A DNA stretch of 64,000 bases, taken from NCBI GenBank assembly GCA_030632085.1, contig DAOVJY010000004.1, positions 16,000-79,999 on the forward strand, written 5' to 3'. The notes beneath the pieces were generated by a model. It did not search any database. It was given only the letters and a program-made list of their open reading frames with translations, and was not told the DNA's origin. The first letter of the stretch is position 1; every line of letters starts with the position of its first letter. The translations under genes were made by a program, and so were the position numbers. Source of the stretch: Candidatus Omnitrophota bacterium (GTDB lineage Bacteria > Omnitrophota > Gorgyraeia > JAGLLT01). Positions 10,215-19,660 of this stretch are shown in pieces.

Positions 10215-10487
10215 ATGACCAAAAAGGACATAGTATTAAAAATTGCCAACGAAACCAAAATTAAGCAAATTGATGTCAAGAAGGTTGTTCAAAAAACACT
10301 TGAATGCATAATAGAAAACCTTCAAGAAGGCAAAAAGGTTGAATTAAGAAATTTTGGAGTTTTTAAAATTAAACAGCGCCGAGGCAGAACCGGCAGAAAT
10401 CCCAGAACAGGTGAAGTGGTTCCCGTGCCTCCAAAAAAAGTTGTGGTTTTTAAACCTGGTTTGGTAATGAAAAAAAAGATAAAATAG
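10215..10487 (+). CDS. HU/IHF family DNA-binding protein
   Basis: MTKKDIV..VELRNFGVF..GRNPRTGE..FKPG. Confidence 0.95.
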   Translation: MTKKDIVLKIANETKIKQIDVKKVVQKTLECIIENLQEGKKVELRNFGVFKIKQRRGRTGRNPRTGEVVPVPPKKVVVFKPGLVMKKKIK

Positions 10488-10598
10488 TCTTTTGTCTTCC
10501 TTGAATATATCTTTTAGAGATAAAGTGATTTTAATATTAACGTTAAAGTTTAATAAACTACAGCCCGCAAGCTTTTTGGGGCTATTTATTTATACCAT

Positions 10599-11870
10599 AT
10601 GAAAATTCAATCCCTTAAAGGAACTAACGATATTCTTCCCTCGGAAATCAAGAAATGGCGGCTTCTCGAAAACACCTGCCGCACGCTCTTTGAGCTCTAC
10701 GGTTATGAAGAAATCCGCACTCCCATAATTGAAAAAGCGGAGTTATTTAAAAGAAGTGTGGGTGAAACCACTGACATAGTCCAGAAAGAGATGTATGTCT
10801 TTGAAGATAAAGCCAAACGGAGCATATGCCTCAGGCCGGAAGAAACAGCTTCAATAGTTAGAGCTTATATTCAACACGGCCTAGTAAATAAAACAGGCCT
10901 GGCTAAACTATATTACCTGGGCCCTATGTTTAGAAGCGAAAGGCCTCAAGCGGGTAGATACAGACAGTTTATTCAATTTGGCGTAGAAGCAATAGGATCT
11001 TATAGTCCGCACCTTGACGCGGAAATCATTGCTCTCATGGACGAATTTGTAACTAAAATCGGCTTAAAAGAGTATGAAATCTTAATAAATTCATTAGGCT
11101 GCAAAAACGATCGTGATATTTATAAAAAAAAGTTGTCAGAATCAAGCCTGAAAGAAAAAAATATTCTTGATAAATTATGCCCCGATTGCAAAGGGCGCGT
11201 TAAATCCAATCCTCTAAGAATACTTGATTGCAAGAATCCGGAATGCCGCAAATTAATAAAAACTTTGCCCACACCCAAGGATTGCCTCTGTCATGACTGT
11301 CAAGAGCACTTCAATAGAGTTAAAACGCTCTTAGATAGCCTTAAAATCAATTATACAGAGGACCCGTTGCTGGTAAGAGGCCTGGACTACTACACCAAAA
11401 CAACCTTTGAGTTAATACATAACGGCCTGGGTGCCCAAAATACCATCCTTGCCGGGGGACGATATGATAATTTAATTTCTTCCTTTGGGGGGCAAGAAAC
11501 CGGCGCTTGCGGTTTCGCGGGAGGCATGGAGCGTTTACTTTTGGCCTGCGAGGCTGAAAAATTAGATCTGCCGCTTAAAAACTCAATTTCGGCATATATT
11601 GTAACCCTAGATGAGTCATTTTATGAATACGGTTTTGATATCCTGCATGAATTAAGAAAAAATGGCGTTAAAGCTCACATTTCTTATGAAGCTAAATCCC
11701 TAAAAGCTCAAATGCGCCAAGCGAATAAGTTCAAATCGCGTTTTGCTATTATAATAGGTGAAGATGAGGTAAAAAATAACAAATATACAATAAAAGACAT
11801 GCAGGAACACAAACAAGAAGTAGTTGATAAAAAAAAATTATTAAATAAGATCCTAAAATTAAATGCCTAA
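10599..11870 (+). CDS. hisS: histidine--tRNA ligase
   Basis: KGTNDILP, LRPEETA, FRSERPQAGRYRQF, LVRGLDYY, GGRYD. Confidence 0.97.
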   Translation: MKIQSLKGTNDILPSEIKKWRLLENTCRTLFELYGYEEIRTPIIEKAELFKRSVGETTDIVQKEMYVFEDKAKRSICLRPEETASIVRAYIQHGLVNKTGLAKLYYLGPMFRSERPQAGRYRQFIQFGVEAIGSYSPHLDAEIIALMDEFVTKIGLKEYEILINSLGCKNDRDIYKKKLSESSLKEKNILDKLCPDCKGRVKSNPLRILDCKNPECRKLIKTLPTPKDCLCHDCQEHFNRVKTLLDSLKINYTEDPLLVRGLDYYTKTTFELIHNGLGAQNTILAGGRYDNLISSFGGQETGACGFAGGMERLLLACEAEKLDLPLKNSISAYIVTLDESFYEYGFDILHELRKNGVKAHISYEAKSLKAQMRQANKFKSRFAIIIGEDEVKNNKYTIKDMQEHKQEVVDKKKLLNKILKLNA

Positions 11871-13026
11871 TAGATTAGATATAGAAAAAAGAGAAATGCG
11901 TTACCTTGCTCCTTACGCGGTAAAGAGCTCACAAAGCCGCGGGCGTGAATTTAAAGAGAGTGAGCATGAATATCGCGGATGCTTTCAAAGGGATAAAGAT
12001 CGCATAACATATTCTACAGCTTTCAGGCGCCTTCAGTATAAAACCCAGGTTTTCATAAACTACGAAGGGGATCACTATAGAACACGCTTGACTCACACTT
12101 TAGAAGTTACTCAAATAGCCAGAGCTTTAGCCAGAAATCTAGGTTTAAACGAAGATTTAGTTGAAGCTATCGCTCTTGCTCATGATATCGGCCACGCACC
12201 CTTTGGGCATGCGGGAGAATCCGCTTTAAATGAAATTATGAAGCAATTTGGCGGTTTTGAACATAATCGGCACGCCTTAAGGATTGTTGAATATTATGAA
12301 GAAAAATATCCTGATTTTAAAGGTTTAAATTTAACCTGGGAGGTTAGGGAAGGCATAATTAAACATTCTTCAACTTACGACAAGCCCAAAAATAAAAGCT
12401 TTAACTCAGCCCAAAGGTCCTCACTGGAAGGCCAGGTTGTTAATTTAGCTGATGAAATTGCCTATAACAACCATGACCTGGATGACGGCATAAGTTCGGG
12501 CTTGATTTCTCACGAAAGCCTTGATACAATTGATCTCTGGAATAGAATTAAAAATGAAATTTTAAAAAAATATCCTCAGGCTGAAAAAAGAACCGCAAGG
12601 TCTCTAATAATTAATAATATGATTAATATTTATGTTAACGACTTAACTAACGAAACAAAAAAAAATATTATGAACTACAACATTGATTCAGTTGATAAAG
12701 CGAGAAAATTCAAAAAAAATATTGTTTCCTTCAGCCCTGAATTTGAAAAACAAAAAAAGCAGGTGAGTAAGTTCTTATACAAAAACCTCTATATGCATCC
12801 GCATGTAATCAGGATGTCAGATAAATGTACGCGTTTTTTAAAAGACCTTTTTAACAGTTACCTCAAGAAACCTCAGCTGATGCCAAAAATACGCCTTAAA
12901 TATATCCAGGCCAAGAGTACAAAAAAACATAAATATGAAGTTATCTGCGATTACATTGCCGGTATGACTGATAGATTCGCGCTTGAAGAGTACAAGAAAT
13001 TATTTGACCCTAACGAAAAAGTATAA
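11863..13026 (+). CDS. dgt: deoxyguanosinetriphosphate triphosphohydrolase
   Basis: FQRDKDRI, RRLQYKTQVF, RTRLTHTLEV, HDIGHAPFGHAGE, DYIAGMTD. Confidence 0.95.
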   Translation: MPNRLDIEKREMRYLAPYAVKSSQSRGREFKESEHEYRGCFQRDKDRITYSTAFRRLQYKTQVFINYEGDHYRTRLTHTLEVTQIARALARNLGLNEDLVEAIALAHDIGHAPFGHAGESALNEIMKQFGGFEHNRHALRIVEYYEEKYPDFKGLNLTWEVREGIIKHSSTYDKPKNKSFNSAQRSSLEGQVVNLADEIAYNNHDLDDGISSGLISHESLDTIDLWNRIKNEILKKYPQAEKRTARSLIINNMINIYVNDLTNETKKNIMNYNIDSVDKARKFKKNIVSFSPEFEKQKKQVSKFLYKNLYMHPHVIRMSDKCTRFLKDLFNSYLKKPQLMPKIRLKYIQAKSTKKHKYEVICDYIAGMTDRFALEEYKKLFDPNEKV

Positions 13027-13043
13027 ATGGTAAAACTACGCAT

Positions 13044-14516
13044 ATGAAAAAAAATAGTTGGGAATTATTTCACAGGCTCCTTGATGACGAAGAGTATAAA
13101 AGGTTTAAACGTATATACTCCCAAAGCTTTGGTAAAAAATCAAAGTGGCATGAGTTAGACGCTATACCCGAATCAATCTCATGCATGACTGAAAAAATAG
13201 CGTCTAGCCAAACAAAAACATCTAAGAAGCTTATATCTGAATGCCTATCCACCCTGGAAAATGTCAGAAAGTCAAAAAAAGTTCAGTATACAAAAATTAA
13301 CGGGAATACTTTCATCATAATAACTCCATTTCTTTCGGAAAACTCTATCTTCGGATATGTTATTATAACTAATATTGTTAAAAGCCCCTCCCCGAATCAA
13401 TTAAAAATTTTTACCGCTTATCTCAACACTATTATGTTAAAAATCCAAGACGATATCGAATTAGCTCGTTTATATGAGACCATTCAACCCAGAACAGCCG
13501 CCTTATCAACTATTCACACTATTCATAGGCTTATAAGCAGCACTCTCAGCGAAAAAAAGCTTTTACCCAGGTTAGCAAGATTGACGCTGCAAGTAATGAG
13601 GGTCAAAAAATGCACTATCTATTTATGCGATAAAAATAAAAAGAAAATGCGGGTTGCCGTATCGGTAACTCCTAAAGGCCTGATAACCGATAAGAGAAAA
13701 GTAGCTTTTGGGGAAGATACAGTTGGGCGCGCGGCTAAAAGTGCTACTCCGGTACTTACGGAAAATACTCTGGCGATGCCCTTAATAGAAGAAGATGTTT
13801 TAGGAGTCATAGAAGTAACTGACAAAATTAACAAAAGGCCATTTACTTATTTTGATCAGGAAATTTTGACCACCTTTTCAGAACAAGCTGTTATAGCTCT
13901 AAAAAATGCTTATCTAAATAAGCAGAAGGAAAATATCGCGAAGGGAAGCATAAAATCATTTATAGAATTTTCCGGAATAAAGAAACAACCTCATATTCCT
14001 GAAGCGCAATATAAAAAGCTGGTTACAGGCATAGCTAAAAATTTGATGGTCCCTTGTAAAGATATAAATACACTTAAATACGCCATCAAACTTAAGGACG
14101 TAAGCAAAATAAGCATTCCTGATAAAATCCTTCATAAAAACTCTCGTCTCACCAGAGAAGAACTTATAACCATGAAGCAACATCCTTCAAAAAGTGCCGC
14201 TATGCTAAAACCAATTAAGGCATTAGATTCGGTAATACCGTTAATCAAGCACCAGAGAGAAAAATATGACGGCAGCGGCTATCCTAAAGGCCTTAAAGGA
14301 AATCAAATTCCTATTGGCTCCAGAATACTTGCTGTAATTGATGCCTTTGAAGCCATGACAACCGACAGGCCTTACCGCAAGGCAAAAAGCACAAAAGATG
14401 CTGTTGAAGAAATTAACAAGCACAGCGGCACTCAGTTTGACCCAAAAGTTGTTAAGGCGTTTAATAAAATTATTAAAAAAGAAATTAAATTAAAAGAAAA
14501 TATTAGTAAACGTTAA
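13044..14516 (+). CDS. GAF + HD-GYP domain protein (metal-binding motif degenerate)
   Basis: GAF (LAMPL..LGVIEV..PFT..DQEIL); EKYDGSGYPKGLKG..IP..SRILAVIDAFEAMT..RPYR..GTQFDP; HD replaced by KD. Confidence 0.85.
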   Translation: MKKNSWELFHRLLDDEEYKRFKRIYSQSFGKKSKWHELDAIPESISCMTEKIASSQTKTSKKLISECLSTLENVRKSKKVQYTKINGNTFIIITPFLSENSIFGYVIITNIVKSPSPNQLKIFTAYLNTIMLKIQDDIELARLYETIQPRTAALSTIHTIHRLISSTLSEKKLLPRLARLTLQVMRVKKCTIYLCDKNKKKMRVAVSVTPKGLITDKRKVAFGEDTVGRAAKSATPVLTENTLAMPLIEEDVLGVIEVTDKINKRPFTYFDQEILTTFSEQAVIALKNAYLNKQKENIAKGSIKSFIEFSGIKKQPHIPEAQYKKLVTGIAKNLMVPCKDINTLKYAIKLKDVSKISIPDKILHKNSRLTREELITMKQHPSKSAAMLKPIKALDSVIPLIKHQREKYDGSGYPKGLKGNQIPIGSRILAVIDAFEAMTTDRPYRKAKSTKDAVEEINKHSGTQFDPKVVKAFNKIIKKEIKLKENISKR

Positions 14517-14523
14517 GCGGCAT

Positions 14524-15165
14524 ATGAAAAAATTAACCCTTGCGATATTCTTATTTATTGTTATAACAATCATTTTTATGCTAAGCCCGTATGCCTCAGG
14601 AGCATATAAAGCAATCTGCAAGCAACAGCTGCAGGCAAGATTTGACATTCAGGCGAACTTTGAAACTTTTCAGGTTCAACTCTTTAAAGAAATTAATTGC
14701 GGCAAGATTATATTAAATAAAGGTGACAATCAAATCAAGGCGGAAGAAGTCATTATTAAAATAATTGACTTAAAACCCCTTAGCAACTACTTTGAAATTA
14801 GATTAGATTCGAAGAAACTTGAAATAGCTGATATTAACGGAAAGATGCTTCCATTAGTAGATATCATATCCAAACAAACAGACGGCGACATATTAAAATC
14901 AGCTAAACTTAACTATGTAAGTTTTAACTTAATAAAAGATAAAAAGAATGTCAAAATATACGATATCAAAGCAGTGGGGGATAAACTAAAAGTCCACGGT
15001 GCCGTAGATATAATAAAAGATAGGGCTATTTGCAATCTGACTTTATATATACCAGCGGAAAAAACAAAAAATATGCCTAAGTTTTCTAAAATACTTCTCG
15101 GCATGGAACAAGAAGGCGATTGGTCAATCTTCAGATTAAGAAATGTTCCATTTAGGATAAAATAA
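14524..15165 (+). CDS. hypothetical protein with N-terminal membrane anchor
   Basis: Co-oriented 213-aa ORF with hydrophobic N-terminus. Confidence 0.7.
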   Translation: MKKLTLAIFLFIVITIIFMLSPYASGAYKAICKQQLQARFDIQANFETFQVQLFKEINCGKIILNKGDNQIKAEEVIIKIIDLKPLSNYFEIRLDSKKLEIADINGKMLPLVDIISKQTDGDILKSAKLNYVSFNLIKDKKNVKIYDIKAVGDKLKVHGAVDIIKDRAICNLTLYIPAEKTKNMPKFSKILLGMEQEGDWSIFRLRNVPFRIK

Positions 15166-15175
15166 ATAATACATA

Positions 15176-15793
15176 ATGAATGCCTATAATGAATACCAAT
15201 CAGAACTGTTTGATGAATTTTCGAAGTCTTCTAAGCAAGGGCGCTTCAAAAGGCCAGCCGAGAAACAAAAGCAAGTAACTTTGACTATCTCCAGAGAAAA
15301 ATTGATATTTTTAATAATATTTGTTATACTACTTTATATTATATTTTTCTCGCTTGGTATTGAACGCGGTAAAAAAATAGCACTTATTTCCATAAAGCAA
15401 AATAGTTATTCTACAAAAGCGGTAACTAAAACGAGCAGCGCGGACACGCAAAGTCAGCAGCCGCCTGCAAAAGAACAAAAAGCGGGTCTTTCCGAAGATA
15501 AAACCGGTAACTTAGAAGTTGCAACGCGAGTAATAGAGACAAAAAAGGCAATTCCGGAGTTAAAAGAATTTTATTCTATCCAGGCCGTGGCCTATTCCAA
15601 TATTTCCAGAGCGGAAAAAGAAGCCCGGAAGGTTAGATCGCGAGGCAATGAAGCTATAATTGATTCAAGCGGTAAATATCATCTTCTTTTAATAGGCAAA
15701 TTTAAAAATAAAAAAGATGCTGTTGCTCTAAGAAAAAAACTCACAAGTACCTATAAGGGTTGTTACGTAAGAAAATACAAAATTGAAAATTAA
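15176..15793 (+). CDS. SPOR-domain membrane protein
   Basis: TM helix ending FSLGIERGK, low-complexity linker, YSIQAVAYS..LLIGKFKNKKDA SPOR pattern. Confidence 0.8.
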   Translation: MNAYNEYQSELFDEFSKSSKQGRFKRPAEKQKQVTLTISREKLIFLIIFVILLYIIFFSLGIERGKKIALISIKQNSYSTKAVTKTSSADTQSQQPPAKEQKAGLSEDKTGNLEVATRVIETKKAIPELKEFYSIQAVAYSNISRAEKEARKVRSRGNEAIIDSSGKYHLLLIGKFKNKKDAVALRKKLTSTYKGCYVRKYKIEN

Positions 15794-15847
15794 GAAAGAC
15801 ATCCTGCAGTGAGAAAGCAGCAAAAAATGGGGTCATATGATAATTTT

Positions 15848-16056
15848 AAGATGCACCTTTATGGGGCACAAGCAAGAAACAATAACCAAATAATAACCAA
15901 TGACCAAATTCAAATAACCAAACAAGAATAGCGGCGGTTTGATGATTGATTAGTGAATATTGATAATTGTTTATCTGTGCACGAAAAGTATATTTTGTAT
16001 CTTGATTATTGGTTATTGGTGTTTGTTTGTATCTTGTTTCTTGGTTATTGGTGATT
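15848..16056. repeat. degenerate heptamer tract (CAATAAC-type) followed by its inverted complement (TTGGTTA-type)
   Basis: caagaaa caataac caaataa..caatgac; then ttgtatc ttgatta ttggtta ttggtgt..ttgtatc ttgtttc ttggtta ttggtga. Confidence 0.85.
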
Positions 16057-16096
16057 ATTATTTAATATGTCTAAAGAATTACACAAGGAGGAAATC

Positions 16097-16327
16097 ATGT
16101 CACAACATCGAAGCTTAAGATCGGCGGCAAAAGACAAAAAAATCAGAAGTGTTCATAACAGATTTGAACGCATTAAAGAACTGCAGGAAAAAGGTAAATG
16201 GGATGATAAAAAATCTGTTTTTGGCCTGCCTAAAGTTAAAGTAGAAAAAATAAAAGCTAAAAAGGGTAAGGTTAAATCAGCTGAAGAGGCCAAAGAAGGT
16301 ACAGAAGAAGCAAAAAAGGAATCGTAG
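16097..16327 (+). CDS. PVC-type small basic protein
   Basis: AAGGAGG RBS then MSQHRSL..RSVHNRFERI..W....SVFGLPKVK, matching the PVC signature protein pattern; start revised from 16067. Confidence 0.85.
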   Translation: MSQHRSLRSAAKDKKIRSVHNRFERIKELQEKGKWDDKKSVFGLPKVKVEKIKAKKGKVKSAEEAKEGTEEAKKES

Positions 16328-16338
16328 GCGGATAATTA

Positions 16339-17343
16339 ATGAGCACGAAAAAATTACCACTCTTGTTGCTGGGTTTGTCCATTATTAGTTTAGTTGTTTT
16401 TATTGCAAGTGGTGAAGTTAGCTGCAAAGACGGATTTCCCTTTAGAGGTAAAATAAACGCTGAGAATGTTAAACTCCGCGCGGGTTACAATGAGAATTTT
16501 ACCGCTTTAAAAAATCTAAAAAAAGGTGAGGATATTATTGTCTTAGATAAATATTTTTGCTGGTATAAAGTGAAATTGCCTAATGATGTTTATTGCTATG
16601 TATCTAAAACCTATATTAATGATGAAGGTTTCGTTACAGCTAATCAATTAAACGCAAGAGCGGGATCCGGAGAAAAGTATCACATACTGGGCAAACTTAA
16701 AAAGGGTGAGCAGGTTTTCATTGTTTCCAGAGAAGGTGATTGGTATAAGATTAGTCCCCCCAGGGGAGCAAGCGGTTGGGTATATGAAGACTACATGGAT
16801 AAAATATCTGAAATTAAAAGCGGTGATACAATCAAACAACCAATTGGCCTCATAAATGATGTTTTTAGAGATAATAATATTAATTCTAAAGAAATTATTG
16901 CTTACGGCAAATTGCCCAAAATTGAAACCGGGAAATTGGAAAATTATACTACAAAGGAATTAAAAACTATTATCTTCGCTTACAATAATTTCTCTAAGAC
17001 ATATACTGAATCCAAATACGGGAAAGAGTTGGAACATAAACTTGATTTTTTAAATCTAGAACTAAAAAATAGACAAGAACAAACTGCTTCTTCAGCTCAT
17101 AGTCAAAATCAAATTAGTGACAAGTTCAATACCATCGGAACCTTAAGAGATTTGGGCCGTGTTTATGGCACCGATGCTACTCACAAGCTAAAAATTAAAG
17201 CTAAAACAAAATACTATCTAAAAAGCTCAAATATCAATTTAGATGATTACATTTATAAAGAGGTGAAAATTGAGGGCATAATTGAGGATGATTATTCTAA
17301 ATATCCTCTTATTAACGTCAGGCAAATAGAGGTAATTAATTAA
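16339..17343 (+). CDS. secreted tandem SH3b-domain protein
   Basis: Signal peptide; VKLRAG..WYKV and LNARAGSG..WYKI..GWV repeats. Confidence 0.82.
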   Translation: MSTKKLPLLLLGLSIISLVVFIASGEVSCKDGFPFRGKINAENVKLRAGYNENFTALKNLKKGEDIIVLDKYFCWYKVKLPNDVYCYVSKTYINDEGFVTANQLNARAGSGEKYHILGKLKKGEQVFIVSREGDWYKISPPRGASGWVYEDYMDKISEIKSGDTIKQPIGLINDVFRDNNINSKEIIAYGKLPKIETGKLENYTTKELKTIIFAYNNFSKTYTESKYGKELEHKLDFLNLELKNRQEQTASSAHSQNQISDKFNTIGTLRDLGRVYGTDATHKLKIKAKTKYYLKSSNINLDDYIYKEVKIEGIIEDDYSKYPLINVRQIEVIN

Positions 17344-17816
17344 TGCCAAACATATTAGTGGCCTATTATTCTCGCGGCGGCAATACAAAAAAAATGGCTG
17401 AAGAAATAAAAGAGGGTATTGAGCAAGAAAATGTCTCGTGCGTCATAAAACCTATCGCTGAAGTAAAAATTGAAAAGCTTCTTAGTTATGACGGTATTGT
17501 TATAGGATCACCGACCTACTACGGAGACATGGCGGCTGAAGTCAAAAAACTCTTAGATGAAAGCGTAAAATTGCACGGACAGTTAGAAAGTAAGGTAGGG
17601 GCCGCTTTTACTTCTTCTAAAAATATCGGCGGTGGAAACGAAACAACTATTCTTGCCATATTAAAAGCTATGCTCGTCCACGGCATGATTATTCAGGGTA
17701 ATTCTTCAGGAGATCATTACGGACCCGTCTCAATCGGTTCACCGGATGAGAGAGCTCAAAAACAGTCCTTTCAATTAGGAAAACGCGTTGCTCAATTAGT
17801 CAAAAGGCTATCTTAA
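17343..17816 (+). CDS. flavodoxin/WrbA-like NAD(P)H oxidoreductase
   Basis: YYSRGGNTKKMA, GSPTYYG, GAAFTSS..GGGNETT. Confidence 0.9.
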   Translation: MPNILVAYYSRGGNTKKMAEEIKEGIEQENVSCVIKPIAEVKIEKLLSYDGIVIGSPTYYGDMAAEVKKLLDESVKLHGQLESKVGAAFTSSKNIGGGNETTILAILKAMLVHGMIIQGNSSGDHYGPVSIGSPDERAQKQSFQLGKRVAQLVKRLS

Positions 17817-17822
17817 GAGAAA

Positions 17823-18482
17823 ATGCTATTCTTAATCCTACATAAATTTTTTCTAGTTTTATCATTTATTATAGCGATCGCAATTCATGAATATAGTCAT
17901 GGATGGATGGCTTTGCGCCTAGGTGACGATACGGCTCTTGAGTCAGGCAGGTTAAGCTTGAATCCGCTTGTCTATATCGACCCCGTAGGCACAATCCTCC
18001 TACCGCTAGTCTTACTAGCCGTTGGCTTCATACCTCTTGGGTGGGCCAAAGCGGTCCCCATAAACCCTTACAATTTCAACAACCAAAAAAAAGATGTTGC
18101 CATGGTGAGCTTCTCGGGGCCCGCGGCAAACTTTATTTTAGCTACAATAGCAGCTCTACTGCTTAGATTGGGGGGCATTGTTCCCTCAAAAATAATTCTA
18201 TTAAACGCTACTCAAGAAATATTAAACCCCTTCATAAATTTCTTATTTTATATAGTATTGGTAAATTTATTTTTAGGGATTTTTAACCTGATACCCATCC
18301 CTCCCTTAGATGGTTCTAAAATTCTCTCAGCCTATTTACCCCGCAACATAAACTGGAAATATAAAAAAATAGCTCCCTACGGTATCTTAATCATCTTTAC
18401 ATTATTGTGTTTTAATATAATAGGAAAGCTTATTAGCAGCTTAGTATATATTATTATCAGAATATACAGCATAGGCGGATAA
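17823..18482 (+). CDS. site-2 protease (M50)
   Basis: HEYSHG, GPAAN, FNLIPIPPLDG. Confidence 0.92.
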   Translation: MLFLILHKFFLVLSFIIAIAIHEYSHGWMALRLGDDTALESGRLSLNPLVYIDPVGTILLPLVLLAVGFIPLGWAKAVPINPYNFNNQKKDVAMVSFSGPAANFILATIAALLLRLGGIVPSKIILLNATQEILNPFINFLFYIVLVNLFLGIFNLIPIPPLDGSKILSAYLPRNINWKYKKIAPYGILIIFTLLCFNIIGKLISSLVYIIIRIYSIGG

Positions 18483-18519
18483 TAAAACCGGATGAATCAT
18501 CATAACTTTAAGTTACATC

Positions 18520-18547
18520 TTGACTTAACATAAGGTTATGTTATACT
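18520..18547 (+). promoter_or_regulatory. sigma-70 promoter of aroB with palindromic spacer; probably leaderless
   Basis: TTGACT-16 bp-TATACT with TG extension; TAACATAA-GG-TTATGTTA palindrome; ATG 6 nt after the -10. Confidence 0.6.
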
Positions 18548-18553
18548 AAAAAC

Positions 18554-19660
18554 ATGAAAAAAGTAGCACGGATTTCCGTAAATTTAAAGGAACGTAGTTA
18601 TGATATTTTCATAGGTTTTAATCAGCTTCGCTCCTTAGGCAACTTCATAAAAAAACTAGATTTAGGAAATCACGCCGTAATAATAACCAACCCTAAAATT
18701 AAAAAACTATATCAATCTAAAATAACTCCCGGGCTCAAAAAAAATAATAATCAAACAACATATATTGAAATCCCCGATTCTGAAAAATCAAAATCTTTAA
18801 ACTGTTTAAAATCGGCTATTGGAAAAATTGTTAAAATTGACATAAAAACAAGGCTTTTCATAATTGCCTTGGGTGGTGGAGTCGTCGGTGATCTGGGCGG
18901 TTTTATTGCCGCGGTTTATAAAAGAGGTATTCCTTACATACAAATACCCACCAGTTTATTAGCTCAAGTAGACTCCAGTATCGGCGGAAAGGTTGCCGTT
19001 GATTTACCGCAGGGCAAAAATCTCTTAGGCGCTTTCTATCAACCAAAGATGGTCTTTTGCGACAGTTCTTTTCTTCAAACCTTAAATTTAAGGCAGTTGA
19101 AAACCGGACTGGCGGAAGTTATCAAATACGGCATAATAGCTGATAAACAACTGTTCGAATTCTTGGAAAATAATTATCACAAAGTTTTTAAATTAGAAAA
19201 AGACGCCCTAAATTACATCATTAATCAGTCAGCAGCCATTAAAGCCAGAGTAGTTTCTGAAGATGAGAGGGAGACAAAGGGCATTAGAACAATATTAAAT
19301 TATGGCCATACCATAGGCCATGCCATTGAAGCCGCCTGTGGATACGAAGCTGATTATACACATGGTGAAGCTATCAGTATCGGCATGGTCTGCGCCGCGG
19401 AAATAGCCCACCACCTCAACCTTTGCTCACTTAAAACACTAGGACGCATTGAAAGTATGATCTCGATCGCGGGATTGCCTATCCATATAAAAAATGTCCC
19501 ACTCGCGAAAATAATGAAAACATATCTGCATGATAAAAAATTCATACGCGGTAAAAATAGATTCGTGCTTCCGACTAACATCGGAAAAGTGGAAGTACAT
19601 GAAAACATCCCTGAAAACCTGATTAAAAAAGTTGTCTCCGAAAGAATAAAAAACAAATGA
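18554..19660 (+). CDS. aroB: 3-dehydroquinate synthase
   Basis: ALGGGVVGDL, DSSIGGK, KNLLGAFYQP, LNYGHTIGHA, HGEAI. Confidence 0.96.
   Translation: MKKVARISVNLKERSYDIFIGFNQLRSLGNFIKKLDLGNHAVIITNPKIKKLYQSKITPGLKKNNNQTTYIEIPDSEKSKSLNCLKSAIGKIVKIDIKTRLFIIALGGGVVGDLGGFIAAVYKRGIPYIQIPTSLLAQVDSSIGGKVAVDLPQGKNLLGAFYQPKMVFCDSSFLQTLNLRQLKTGLAEVIKYGIIADKQLFEFLENNYHKVFKLEKDALNYIINQSAAIKARVVSEDERETKGIRTILNYGHTIGHAIEAACGYEADYTHGEAISIGMVCAAEIAHHLNLCSLKTLGRIESMISIAGLPIHIKNVPLAKIMKTYLHDKKFIRGKNRFVLPTNIGKVEVHENIPENLIKKVVSERIKNK

Noticed and set aside
10488-10598. T-box leader before hisS (also checked before glyQ)
   Set aside because: Too short and no T-box consensus; only a weak hairpin.
15848-16056. Repeat tracts as a CRISPR array
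   Set aside because: No constant 23-47 bp repeat with unique spacers and no cas genes; the period is 7 bp.
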